From the IMG/VR virus record IMGVR_UViG_3300028602_000003: a DNA stretch of 20,000 nucleotides; one strand, written 5' to 3'. Each line of letters begins with the position of its first letter. Position 1 is the first letter of the stretch. Source of the DNA: an uncultured virus (IMG/VR IMGVR_UViG_3300028602_000003) (lineage: Duplodnaviria > Heunggongvirae > Uroviricota > Caudoviricetes > Schitoviridae). Of this stretch, positions 1 through 7,839 are shown piece after piece. The translations under genes were made by a program, and so were the position numbers. Below the pieces are notes generated by a model. That model was given only the letters and a program-made list of their open reading frames with translations. It searched no databases and was not told where the DNA came from.

Positions 1-207
1 GATTGTTTTTCTGGTCTCAGGCTTCAGTGAAATAAACCATTCACTGTTCCACCAGAGATGCTGCCCATCAGTCTCAGCAGACTCTACGTTATCGTCCCAA
101 ACGAAGATAAGGTCACACATAATGGAACCAAGGAAAGCAGCATTCTTGCCAAGGAATACCTGTGACTTGGTTCGGTCTAACTGAAAGTTAAGTTCTTGAG
201 TATCCAC
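1..207 (-). CDS. N4 gp25-like putative metallopeptidase/VWA partner protein (DUF2201-like), N-terminal part, runs off the window
   Basis: Manual translation from GTG at 207: MDTQELNFQLDRTKSQVFLGKNAAFLGSIMCDLIFVWDDNVESAETDGQHLWWNSEWFISLKPETRKTI. The AxTDG..L.WN..F pattern precedes the HExxH motif in this family. It lies downstream of the AAA ATPase, as in N4-like phages. Confidence 0.7.
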   Translation of the reverse strand, partial: MDTQELNFQLDRTKSQVFLGKNAAFLGSIMCDLIFVWDDNVESAETDGQHLWWNSEWFISLKPETRKTI

Positions 208-228
208 AGGTATTTACCTTTATTCTTC

Positions 229-399
229 TTAGGCAAGTTCAACCCAGACCATCCCAGCATCTCGCTTTTTAGGGCGGAAATACTCAATAGCTCGCTGCTT
301 GGCTGCTGCCAAGGAAGGAGCATACAAACCTACTTCGGTGCCTTTGAAGCCAGCGATATAGGGATACTCGGCTACTTTCTGTTCGTTGATGATTTCCAT
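229..399 (-). CDS. Small hypothetical phage protein, 56 aa (below the ORF-track cutoff)
   Basis: ATG at 399, two bases after the ATPase stop. Translation MEIINEQKVAEYPYIAGFKGTEVGLYAPSLAAAKQRAIEYFRPKKRDAGMVWVELA, TAA at 231-229. Fills the gap between two genes on the same strand. Confidence 0.65.
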   Translation of the reverse strand: MEIINEQKVAEYPYIAGFKGTEVGLYAPSLAAAKQRAIEYFRPKKRDAGMVWVELA

Positions 400-401
400 T
401 G

Positions 402-794
402 TTACCCCACGAGGTACTTACTGAGAGAGATTGCTGCTTGTTGAAAAGCAGGATGGTTACGCAGTTCAGGTTTACTCACCATAACCATACGGAAGAACAG
501 AACACGGAAAGGCAGATCGAAACGACTGGCGTATTGAGCCAATGCTTCGAAATTCTTCTCAGTGATTTTGGTAGTCAGTGAGGTAATCACTGCCCACATT
601 GTCGAGTTATCCCCTGGCAGCATGTAGTTAGCCGGGTCTTCGATGATGTGTTCGATGCATGGCATCGTGGCGTACACCTTCACAAACTGAGTGAACTCAG
701 CAGCTACCGTAGCTGTGATGGTGCCTGCATATAGAGCAGTCTTGGCTTCGGTAACTTCTTTGCCTGTAACCAGTTTGTTCATGAACTCCCATGT
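402..794 (-). CDS. AAA+ ATPase (N4 gp24-like, MoxR-type), exon 2
   Basis: Starts ACA TGG GAG TTC (TWEF) directly after the intron terminal G at 795. Joining to exon 1 gives ...TFCCPR|TWEFMNKL..., 351 aa in total. Confidence 0.88.
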   Translation of the reverse strand, partial: TWEFMNKLVTGKEVTEAKTALYAGTITATVAAEFTQFVKVYATMPCIEHIIEDPANYMLPGDNSTMWAVITSLTTKITEKNFEALAQYASRFDLPFRVLFFRMVMVSKPELRNHPAFQQAAISLSKYLVG

Positions 795-1671
795 CCTGAT
801 GTTCAGTAAGCCCCGCAACAGGCTTACCCGTTCTCTATCATGATCGAGAACTGCTGCACATCTCTATGCAGAGCAGACTATATCAACACCCTCAGCATTA
901 TCTGTTTGGGTGGCTACCATTTCGAACACCATTAGCTTGTGTCCTACGTCTTTCGACTAGTCGTTGGGCATTTAAGGCTATGGAAAATTTCTCTGTCTTT
1001 GTGTATCACCGATAGAATCTAAGAAAGCATCAACAGCTTTCGCAGCTTCGATCTCACAAGTAAACTGCTTATTAATCAGTATCTTGTAATTGTCCTTAAC
1101 TTTCGCTGCATAGTAGGTGTAGGTTTTATCCTTGTACCTAGATGTAACTATGTGGACATTGTGGTAGACAGATTTACCCGGCTTAGGGGTTAATCCATTT
1201 TTATGTGCGTGCAGGTTATTTCCCTGGTGTGTGGTTATCTCTAAGTTGGTCTTAGCGTTGTTTAGCTTATTACCATCTAAGTGATTAACCACACATCCAT
1301 AGGCTGCATTAGGAAAGAAGGCCACAGCCACTAACTGGTGGACTGTTTTCTTACTTGCTCTACCGTCTTTTGACAGTGTTGCATATAGGTAACCAAACCT
1401 GTTCCGGCTTACTGCACGCGGCAATGGTTTTGGGGTTACATATTTATTTTTACATTGCTTATCCGGGTGTCTCCGTACATTCCCTAAAGAGGAAACTTGG
1501 TATAACCCTTCAAAATCTACAATGTCTTTCCAAATTTCACACATAAAAGCACCTATTTAGCAACGGATTGTCTTGTTTTTGATTTTACCGCGCAGGGCAA
1601 TAAAATCACAAGAGTTTCCCGTTTTAGGCAGCTTTCGACATAAGATTTCTCTTATGAAGCGCAGTATGTTT
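795..1671 (-). mobile_element. Group I self-splicing intron (IA2-like) in the AAA ATPase gene, HEG in the P6 region
   Basis: 5' splice site after U in P1 CGU|A-AACAUAC-UGCG (U.G pair). P2 CAUAAGA-GAAA-UCUUAUG. P3 GCUGCC (1632-1627)/GGUAGC (918-913). P AAAACGGGAAACUC, Q AAUCCGUUGC, R CAACGACUA (966-958), S UGAUAUAGUCU (885-875). P7.1/P7.2 hairpins and terminal G at 795. Splicing restores the frame. Confidence 0.92.
978..1544 (-). CDS. Intron-encoded NUMOD4-HNH homing endonuclease with AP2-like C-terminus
   Basis: N-terminal EIWKDIVDFEGLYQVSSLGNVR (NUMOD4); TVHQLVA..F...VNHLDGNKLNNAKTNLE (HNH); C-terminal F..EIEAAKA.D. Lies between the intron Q and R elements. Confidence 0.9.
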   Translation of the reverse strand: MCEIWKDIVDFEGLYQVSSLGNVRRHPDKQCKNKYVTPKPLPRAVSRNRFGYLYATLSKDGRASKKTVHQLVAVAFFPNAAYGCVVNHLDGNKLNNAKTNLEITTHQGNNLHAHKNGLTPKPGKSVYHNVHIVTSRYKDKTYTYYAAKVKDNYKILINKQFTCEIEAAKAVDAFLDSIGDTQRQRNFP

Positions 1672-2334
1672 ACGGGGGCAACAGAACGTCTTGTCTTGGT
1701 GATCAGGTTTGAAGTCCATCAAGCGATTGTTGTTTTGGCTCAGGAAGGCAATGACGCGAGGGTCATAGTTCTCTTTCAGAGCTACGTCGTAGAGCCACTC
1801 ATCGAAACTGGCCATCATCTCAATGTGAACCACACGAGATTCAAGTGCTGTACCGATTGGGTTGACCAAGGCCCTGTCACTACCCAGATTACCAGCCAAC
1901 ATCATGGCTACGTTTGGATGCAGCTTCTTTTGGCCAACCATCCTATCCAGCAGAAGCTTGTAACAGGAGGCTAGCACCAGACGAGTAGCTGAGTTGAACT
2001 CATCCAGCAGAAGCAACCAACCGTCATATTCATGACCGTTCTCATCTTTGGGAAGAGGTGTGCCTTCCAATGGGAAGATGTCCTCAAAGGCGGCATGCTC
2101 AGCAAAACCACGTTGGTTAAAACGAGGTAGACCAGTTTGGTCTTCTGGGGCAGCACCACTCAGACGGTAATCAATCAACAACAGGTTGAATTGCTTAGCA
2201 ACTAGCTTAGCGATGGATGACTTACCTAATCCCGGCGAAGATGTCACATACGGGACCAGCCCACTACTAAGGCACTCTTCAACATACTGGCGAGTAACAC
2301 GAGGTGTTACTCGGTACAGGTTTAATTCAGACAT
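1672..2334 (-). CDS. AAA+ ATPase (N4 gp24-like, MoxR-type), exon 1
   Basis: Walker A SSPGLGKS, Walker B LLLLDEFN, AGN sensor 1, ALESR arginine finger. The conserved sequence ends at TFCCPR (1672); the ORF-track tail KHTALHKRNLMSKAA is intron read-through. Confidence 0.9.
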
Positions 2335-2357
2335 TGGTTACTCCATTTGATTTGGGT

Positions 2358-2633
2358 TTATACGAGATCTTCAGGAGTAAGTTCTCGTATGGCTTGGAAG
2401 CACAGCCGTACCGTGTGGCCGTCTGTAGTCACCACGTTGGCCTCGCCTTCGTCGAGCAGGATGTCCTGATCGGCAAACTCCCAGTCGTCGCTGTCCGAGG
2501 TGGTAAGACGCACGTAGGGTGCGCCCGTGTCGCGGGCGTCGCTGAAGCCAATCTCAATCACTTCGACGCTGCCGACTAGCACGCAATTAGCGCGCTCTAC
2601 ACATCTGAAGAGGCTTACCAAGGTTTTACACAT
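2358..2633 (-). CDS. Hypothetical protein (91 aa)
   Basis: Part of ORF 2358..2690. Start moved to ATG 2633 (MCKTLV), which has a GGAG RBS and lies downstream of the terminator. Confidence 0.65.
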   Translation of the reverse strand: MCKTLVSLFRCVERANCVLVGSVEVIEIGFSDARDTGAPYVRLTTSDSDDWEFADQDILLDEGEANVVTTDGHTVRLCFQAIRELTPEDLV

Positions 2634-2662
2634 AGATTTCTCCACAGTTAGTTGAACCAAAT

Positions 2663-2694
2663 AAAAAATAATGGCCCGGTTAAGGGCCATTATT
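2663..2694 (-). terminator. Rho-independent terminator
   Basis: Minus strand AAUAAUGGCCC-UUAACC-GGGCCAUUAUU followed by a U-tract, just after the stop of 2709..3110. Confidence 0.8.
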
Positions 2695-2708
2695 CAGCTG
2701 GTTACTGC

Positions 2709-3110
2709 TTAGCTCAGGGCGTTAATACGCTCTTGAATTTGCTCAGGAGTGAGCTTCTCCAGCTCAGCATCCTGGCTACGCTCCAGTGCAGACAATAGGC
2801 GTTGACGCTCAGCCTTCTTCGCTTTCTCAGTAAGGGCGTTATCACGCTCTTCAATCTTGACCGCGATGATGTGCTTGACCAATTCCAGCTTCTGTTCCAG
2901 CTCGGTCTTGGCAGGGCTAACCTTGTCCACGAACGAGGTTTCAGTAGCTGCACTCAGCTCAGCATTGACACCTTTGGCGACTGTATCCAGATCCAGACCA
3001 TTCTTGGATTGCAATGGCAGATCCCACAGAACCTCGATACCCAGCGGGCCGGATACCGAAGCAAAGCGGAATTTCTTACGGGAAGCTTGTTCAAAGAGAT
3101 TCATGATCAT
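2709..3110 (-). CDS. Conserved phage hypothetical protein with coiled-coil C-terminus
   Basis: 133 aa, MNLFEQASRKKFRFAS..G....E.LWDLPL motif and a helical charged tail. AAGGA RBS overlaps the stop of the upstream 662-aa gene. Confidence 0.8.
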   Translation of the reverse strand: MIMNLFEQASRKKFRFASVSGPLGIEVLWDLPLQSKNGLDLDTVAKGVNAELSAATETSFVDKVSPAKTELEQKLELVKHIIAVKIEERDNALTEKAKKAERQRLLSALERSQDAELEKLTPEQIQERINALS

Positions 3111-3113
3111 TCC

Positions 3114-5102
3114 TTAAAATTGGATGTTGTGGGTGGTGACTTCACCGGTGTAAGCAGTCACCTGCACGGTTACTACTTGTTCTTTGGTGGAGGAGAACCC
3201 CACACCACTCAATTGCTCGTTGACCACAGGGCACATGGTTTCAGCACCTAGCACTTCAAACACCTTACGGTGCTCAGCAAGGTCATTACGCAGGTACTCG
3301 TTGTAGATACCGCGAGCAGGCTTATCATTGAGACAACCCTCAAGCATGAACAACCAGTGCTTATTACCCACTTGGTTCTCATCCCAGTAGTTAGGGCTGT
3401 ACATCAGGGTAGTCACTGGAACCAGGGTTTCAGTTTCGATACCCCAAACTTTCTGGGTAATGCCGCCCCCTATCAGGCCAGCACCCACGTCCAGTTCGAT
3501 GATTACCCCATTGTGTACTTGAAAGCTGATGGCTTGAACTGTACCGGATACTACTTTGTTGTAGCTGTATTGGCTCAGCTGACCGTTGTTCTCAACTTCA
3601 ATGATGAAGCCGGGGCGGTCTTTAGTACGTTGGTCATACTGGTGAATAGAGACAACGTACTTACCATCACGAGGGTTCTTCCAGCTCAGGTTCTCCACCG
3701 GGTCGGTGTCTGATTTTGGCCCCCATGCGTTCATATCTACGTCCAGAACACCCATCTTATCGCGAAAACAGATATGACCCTCTGGGGCAACACAGTGAAT
3801 ATCTAGGTCATCTGGGTTAAACCAGCTTAGTGATACACGCAGTTTGGCATCGGTATTACCACCAGCACGCTTCACTTTCTCCTTGATGGAGTCAGTGATA
3901 TTGCCGTTGTAGGACCAGGCAAAATCGTTATCCCATTTGAACAGTTGACCTACTGCTGTATCTGCTGGAGCGGTCAGGCTGACCAGATTAGGAACCAAGG
4001 GGTTCTTCATCAGCAGCTTCATGGAGGCTGCTTTAGGCACGATCTCGTCCATGAACACGTCGATAGGCATGTTATCGCCTACCACTGATACAGGCTTCTT
4101 CTTCACCTGCTTAGACGCCATCATGCGATCAGACAGACTGTCTTTCATGACTGCTTTGGAAGAGCCACTTGCCCAGATTACGTTGTTGATGGATACATCA
4201 GACAACTTAGCAAAGCGACGGTTTACAGCTTCTTCAAGACCCAGTTCTTTAAGCTTGGTCAGAGCAGCTTTGATCATCACAGGGGTAATCAGTGCAGTGG
4301 TACGTTTGTAGTTGGTAGGGGCTACTTTGGCCTCAAAAGAAGCCACAGCACGTCCCAGCTCAACACCTTCAGCCAAGTCCTGCAACAGCGAACCAATGGC
4401 GGTATTACGGATGCGTGCGCCTATTTCCTTGTAGAACTCGAAAGGGAAGACCTCTTTCTGTTTTACGCTGGAAGCTGCGTAGTGCTGTTGCAGCGTGTGG
4501 AACGAGTTCACAGCAGCCCAGAACTCTTCACCACGGTAGATCGAGTTGTTGTCGATCAGGTCGAGTACTGTCTTGGTGACCTCATCAGGAATCTCTTTCA
4601 GCCCGCGCTCAAATACAGCAATGGTGCTGTTGATGTCACCAATAGCTTTACCTGGGGTTGTGCTGAACTGAGCAGGGTGTACTGCGCCATGAAAGTGATT
4701 CCAGCGATGGGACTTACCATCAATCAGTTCCAGGTTGTATTCGGCCCCGTAGCTCTTTTCCTTGGTTCGGTACACGCCGTTAATACCAGCATTCTGTACT
4801 ACTGCGTCAAGGTGAGCAGCCACCAGATCGTATGGGTATTCCAGTCCAATATCAGACCACACGGTCTTGATCTCGCCTGCTTGAATACTGACCACACGGC
4901 CAAGGTTTTTGATGAAATTCCGGCAGCAAGAGCAATCATGCTCGGTACGCTCACGGAAGATTTCATTGGTTCCAGCTGGGAAAGATGACAGGTACGCAGC
5001 CCACAGCTCATCACCCGTGATGGTTGATTCAAACAGCTCACCAGCTTGGGCCATTGCGTTGTAGCGTGCATGTGTAGCAGAAGAGAACTTAACAAAAGAC
5101 AT
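3114..5102 (-). CDS. Large conserved phage protein of unknown function with a YfaP/DUF2135-like domain
   Basis: 662-aa ORF with GGAG RBS. N-terminal EHDCSCCRNFI and HRWNHFH motifs; internal LRVSLSWFNPDDLDIHCVAPEG...LDVDMN...PVENLSW....G.Y.V.IHQY resembles YfaP-like domains. Confidence 0.8.
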   Translation of the reverse strand: MSFVKFSSATHARYNAMAQAGELFESTITGDELWAAYLSSFPAGTNEIFRERTEHDCSCCRNFIKNLGRVVSIQAGEIKTVWSDIGLEYPYDLVAAHLDAVVQNAGINGVYRTKEKSYGAEYNLELIDGKSHRWNHFHGAVHPAQFSTTPGKAIGDINSTIAVFERGLKEIPDEVTKTVLDLIDNNSIYRGEEFWAAVNSFHTLQQHYAASSVKQKEVFPFEFYKEIGARIRNTAIGSLLQDLAEGVELGRAVASFEAKVAPTNYKRTTALITPVMIKAALTKLKELGLEEAVNRRFAKLSDVSINNVIWASGSSKAVMKDSLSDRMMASKQVKKKPVSVVGDNMPIDVFMDEIVPKAASMKLLMKNPLVPNLVSLTAPADTAVGQLFKWDNDFAWSYNGNITDSIKEKVKRAGGNTDAKLRVSLSWFNPDDLDIHCVAPEGHICFRDKMGVLDVDMNAWGPKSDTDPVENLSWKNPRDGKYVVSIHQYDQRTKDRPGFIIEVENNGQLSQYSYNKVVSGTVQAISFQVHNGVIIELDVGAGLIGGGITQKVWGIETETLVPVTTLMYSPNYWDENQVGNKHWLFMLEGCLNDKPARGIYNEYLRNDLAEHRKVFEVLGAETMCPVVNEQLSGVGFSSTKEQVVTVQVTAYTGEVTTHNIQF

Positions 5103-5104
5103 GA

Positions 5105-5479
5105 TTACTCCTTGGCTCGCTTAGCACGTAGCCGTTGATTTCTGAGATGACTTACCAATTCAAGGTGTGCAGGGTTACAGCACAAGCGGTTATTGCACTT
5201 GTGATCCACCTGCTTTTTACCTGGGATGTACCCATAGAAATGGGTGAATACAACTAGATGCACAGCCACTGTCTGACTGTTAAGAGACATACGCCCATAA
5301 CCGCCACCACGCCCAGTGCCTGAATCAGGACCGATCCAAATGTGACAAGGGCTTGGTTGGTTATTTAAGACAAAACCCATATCACGTACTTCTACGCGCT
5401 CATGGATACGTTTCAGAATACAGTCACGACGTTCGTAGCTGACTTGGGCATCTAGTGCTAGAGGCCCGTACTTACTCAT
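5105..5479 (-). CDS. Free-standing HNH endonuclease (N4 gp22-like)
   Basis: CHIWIG....GYGRM.......AVHLVVF......KQVDHKCNNRLCCNPAHLE (HNH_3 type). Start set at ATG 5479, overlapping the upstream stop. Confidence 0.85.
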   Translation of the reverse strand: MSKYGPLALDAQVSYERRDCILKRIHERVEVRDMGFVLNNQPSPCHIWIGPDSGTGRGGGYGRMSLNSQTVAVHLVVFTHFYGYIPGKKQVDHKCNNRLCCNPAHLELVSHLRNQRLRAKRAKE

Positions 5480-6005
5480 TTTTACCAGTAAGCCTTTCGA
5501 CTTCACCCAAGTACTTAAGAATGGCAGCACGCAATGGTGCTTTGAGATTGTTAAACAACAAAGCAGACTTCTCAGGGCAAGCTTCGTTAAACACCCAAGC
5601 AGCATTGTTCAACGCAGTGCCCCAATTCTCAGCATCAGCGGTGTAATCAATGCCTTGCTTTACTGGTTCAGGTTTTACCTCTGGTTCACCTTGCTCAACA
5701 GCATCTTCGAAAAACTTCCCCATCGTGTAGTAACCACGTTGAGACACAGTGGTGCGTAGCACGTCTTTACGTACATCAACGTACTCAACACCCAGCTGCT
5801 TCATCGTTGGCGGGTTATCCATCTTGGCCACTAAAGCCATGAAGTGTGCGAAGTCACTTGGGAAACAGGTTATTACATGGGGGCGATCCCACGTTTCACT
5901 GATACCGAAAGCTGTACTGAGCTGATGGATAACCTTGTTCTGTACAGCCAGTGATAGTGTCATGCGTACACGAGGGACAGGTTTGTACTTGTCGTTGCTC
6001 ATCAC
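5472..6005 (-). CDS. Hypothetical protein
   Basis: 177-aa ORF, GAGG RBS, start overlaps the upstream stop (ATGA). Confidence 0.7.
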   Translation of the reverse strand: MMSNDKYKPVPRVRMTLSLAVQNKVIHQLSTAFGISETWDRPHVITCFPSDFAHFMALVAKMDNPPTMKQLGVEYVDVRKDVLRTTVSQRGYYTMGKFFEDAVEQGEPEVKPEPVKQGIDYTADAENWGTALNNAAWVFNEACPEKSALLFNNLKAPLRAAILKYLGEVERLTGKNE

Positions 6006-6211
6006 AAAACCTCTTGGTTATTGAAATACCGACGAAGGTAGTACCCACGCAACAAACTCCACACAGTGCAAATGATCACTGTAATGGTGGCAGCAATGGT
6101 CTTGTCTTCGATTGAGTAGAGAACCAATACAGTGATAATCCAGCTTCCAATGAAGCCAATAGTGGTATTGGTTACTACCTCTTTAGCGGATTGTCTCTTT
6201 GACTGGCACAT
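6002..6211 (-). CDS. Small two-helix membrane protein (common phage family, QSKRQS..E...N..IGF...SLLRGY..RR.FN)
   Basis: 69 aa with two hydrophobic segments; coupled to both neighbours. Confidence 0.75.
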   Translation of the reverse strand: MCQSKRQSAKEVVTNTTIGFIGSWIITVLVLYSIEDKTIAATITVIICTVWSLLRGYYLRRYFNNQEVL

Positions 6212-7038
6212 CAGACATCACGCATGAAGTACTGGTGAATGCAGCTGTTAAGCAGACGAATACCAATATTCATCTCCTCATTCTGGATCTTCAGCATCTT
6301 GATGATCTCAGCTACATCCTTACCCTGTTTAGTTTTGCTGAACATGCGGCGATACTTGATGAACAAGTCAATGCTTGGGATAGCAGCCTCAAGCTCGGCC
6401 AATGTTACCGGGCTGGTTGAATAGACCAATGGCACACGACCAACGAACTCAGTACGCAGGCCAGCATCTTTAAGCTGAGCCAAGGTGGTGATCTCTTGGT
6501 TGCTGTAAGCACCAGCGAAGATGAACAGGCTGTTCTCAATCACCGTTGGTTCGTATTTGCCGTAGTCAGTGAACACGCTGGTGTACTTGCTTTCCAGGCT
6601 AGTCAGGAATTCATCCTGTACAGCAGAGCGGAAGCTTTCAGTGGTCTCACCATTACGCTGAAAGAGCTTGTCGAACTCATCCACAAAGATGATGTTCGGC
6701 TCATTCCAGTGATCACGCAGCTTACGCAGTGCCTTGGACAGACTGTTACCAGACAAGCCTTCAGTAGTGATACCAGCAGCATTCACCTCAATGAATGGGA
6801 TCTTGAGCTTCTGGGCATTCTGTTTGATCAGAAAGGACTTACCCGTACCACTCTCACCAGTCAGGTGAAAGTGAGGGCGGATCTCTGCATCACTGTCTTT
6901 GAAGATGGTGAAGATCTTTTCGATCTGTTGGTTGATCTTTACTTGTGAAGGGAATACCAGATTGCCGTGATCATCGACAACAGCAACAGGGTTGCTTGGT
7001 ACGTTACCGTTGAACAACTGTGCTTTTGCTGATGCCAT
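6211..7038 (-). CDS. ClpX/HslU-like AAA+ ATPase
   Basis: Walker A GESGTGKS, PFIEVNAAGITTEGLSG, Walker B IIFVDEFDK, VQDEFL, LFIFAGAY, GLRTEFVGRVP (compare ClpX GLIPEFIGRLP). Confidence 0.85.
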   Translation of the reverse strand: MASAKAQLFNGNVPSNPVAVVDDHGNLVFPSQVKINQQIEKIFTIFKDSDAEIRPHFHLTGESGTGKSFLIKQNAQKLKIPFIEVNAAGITTEGLSGNSLSKALRKLRDHWNEPNIIFVDEFDKLFQRNGETTESFRSAVQDEFLTSLESKYTSVFTDYGKYEPTVIENSLFIFAGAYSNQEITTLAQLKDAGLRTEFVGRVPLVYSTSPVTLAELEAAIPSIDLFIKYRRMFSKTKQGKDVAEIIKMLKIQNEEMNIGIRLLNSCIHQYFMRDV

Positions 7039-7055
7039 TACGTTCTCCTAGTCAT

Positions 7056-7082
7056 AAAAAAGCCCACCATGAAGGTGGGCTT
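7056..7082 (-). terminator. Rho-independent terminator
   Basis: Minus strand AAGCCCACC-UUCAU-GGUGGGCUU followed by a U-tract, downstream of the Ig-like gene. Confidence 0.85.
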
Positions 7083-7109
7083 GTGAAGTTAATAAACCCA
7101 AGAAAGGAT

Positions 7110-7595
7110 TTATGGAGCGGTAACAGTCACAGCACAGGTCGCAGTAAAACCACCATCTTCGGTGGTGACAGTGATCACCACTGGTTCAGTGGTCACTTCT
7201 ACGGCAGTGATCAGACCAGTTTCGCTAACAGTGGCCTTGGTTACATCGCTTGATGCATAGGTAACAGCATCAATGGTTGGTGCAACAGGGATGAGTGTAG
7301 GGGTCAGCTGCTGGGTAGCCAGTACAGCCAGCGACACACTACGAGGGGATACAGTAATGCCTTGTACTGAGGCAAAGTTCAGGGTGATCGTTTGCATATT
7401 CTCTTCGCCGATGGCGTAGAGAGCATCACGAACATGGTGCCAAACCACATGGTTTACGGTAGCACCCAGCGGATCAACACTGTTTTCATGCTCGAAAGAA
7501 CCAATGTCAGTGGAACCAACAGGGACTGCTTCCCCGTCTACTTGGAGAGTAACCACACGAGTGGTCTCGTTGTATGCGATTTGCAGGATGGTCAT
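7110..7595 (-). CDS. Ig-like (Big_2) domain protein, putative capsid decoration protein (N4 gp17 position)
   Basis: C-terminal VQGITVSP.SVSL.V..TQQLTPT..P.......VTYASSD..KATVS.TGLITAV......ITVTT.DG.FTATC.VTV. Lies just downstream of RNAP2. Confidence 0.8.
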   Translation of the reverse strand: MTILQIAYNETTRVVTLQVDGEAVPVGSTDIGSFEHENSVDPLGATVNHVVWHHVRDALYAIGEENMQTITLNFASVQGITVSPRSVSLAVLATQQLTPTLIPVAPTIDAVTYASSDVTKATVSETGLITAVEVTTEPVVITVTTEDGGFTATCAVTVTAP

Positions 7596-7613
7596 TTTTG
7601 TATCCTCTTACAT

Positions 7614-7647
7614 AAAAAAATTATGGACTCCCCGAAGGAAGTCCATA
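7614..7647 (-). terminator. Rho-independent terminator with C(UUCG)G loop
   Basis: Minus strand UAUGGACUUCC-UUCG-GGGAGUCCAUA followed by A and U7, right after the RNAP2 exon 2 stop. Confidence 0.88.
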
Positions 7648-7651
7648 GAGT

Positions 7652-7839
7652 TTAACTTAACGAATAGTTTGCCTGTAGAACATCATCAGCCAAGGTAGCG
7701 TCAAGCTTTCCGATTACTACGTCATAGCCTAGTAGCTGTGATAGCACACTGCTGAGCAGGTTTGACTTGGCAATCAGATACAGTTGGCGGTTGTACTGCA
7801 TACGCAGGTCATTGCCATAGTTGGGCAAGCAACGGAAAC
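7652..7839 (-). CDS. N4-like RNA polymerase II subunit 2 (RNAP2, gp16-like), exon 2
   Basis: Absent from the ORF track. (T|GT)=C then FRCLPNYGNDLRMQYNRQLYLIAKSNLLSSVLSQLLGYDVVIGKLDATLADDVLQANYSLS*. Spliced product is 402 aa. Confidence 0.9.

Noticed and set aside
402..818. Independent 138-aa gene starting MRGLLNIR
   Set aside because: The first 8 codons are intron 3' sequence; the rest is exon 2 of the ATPase.
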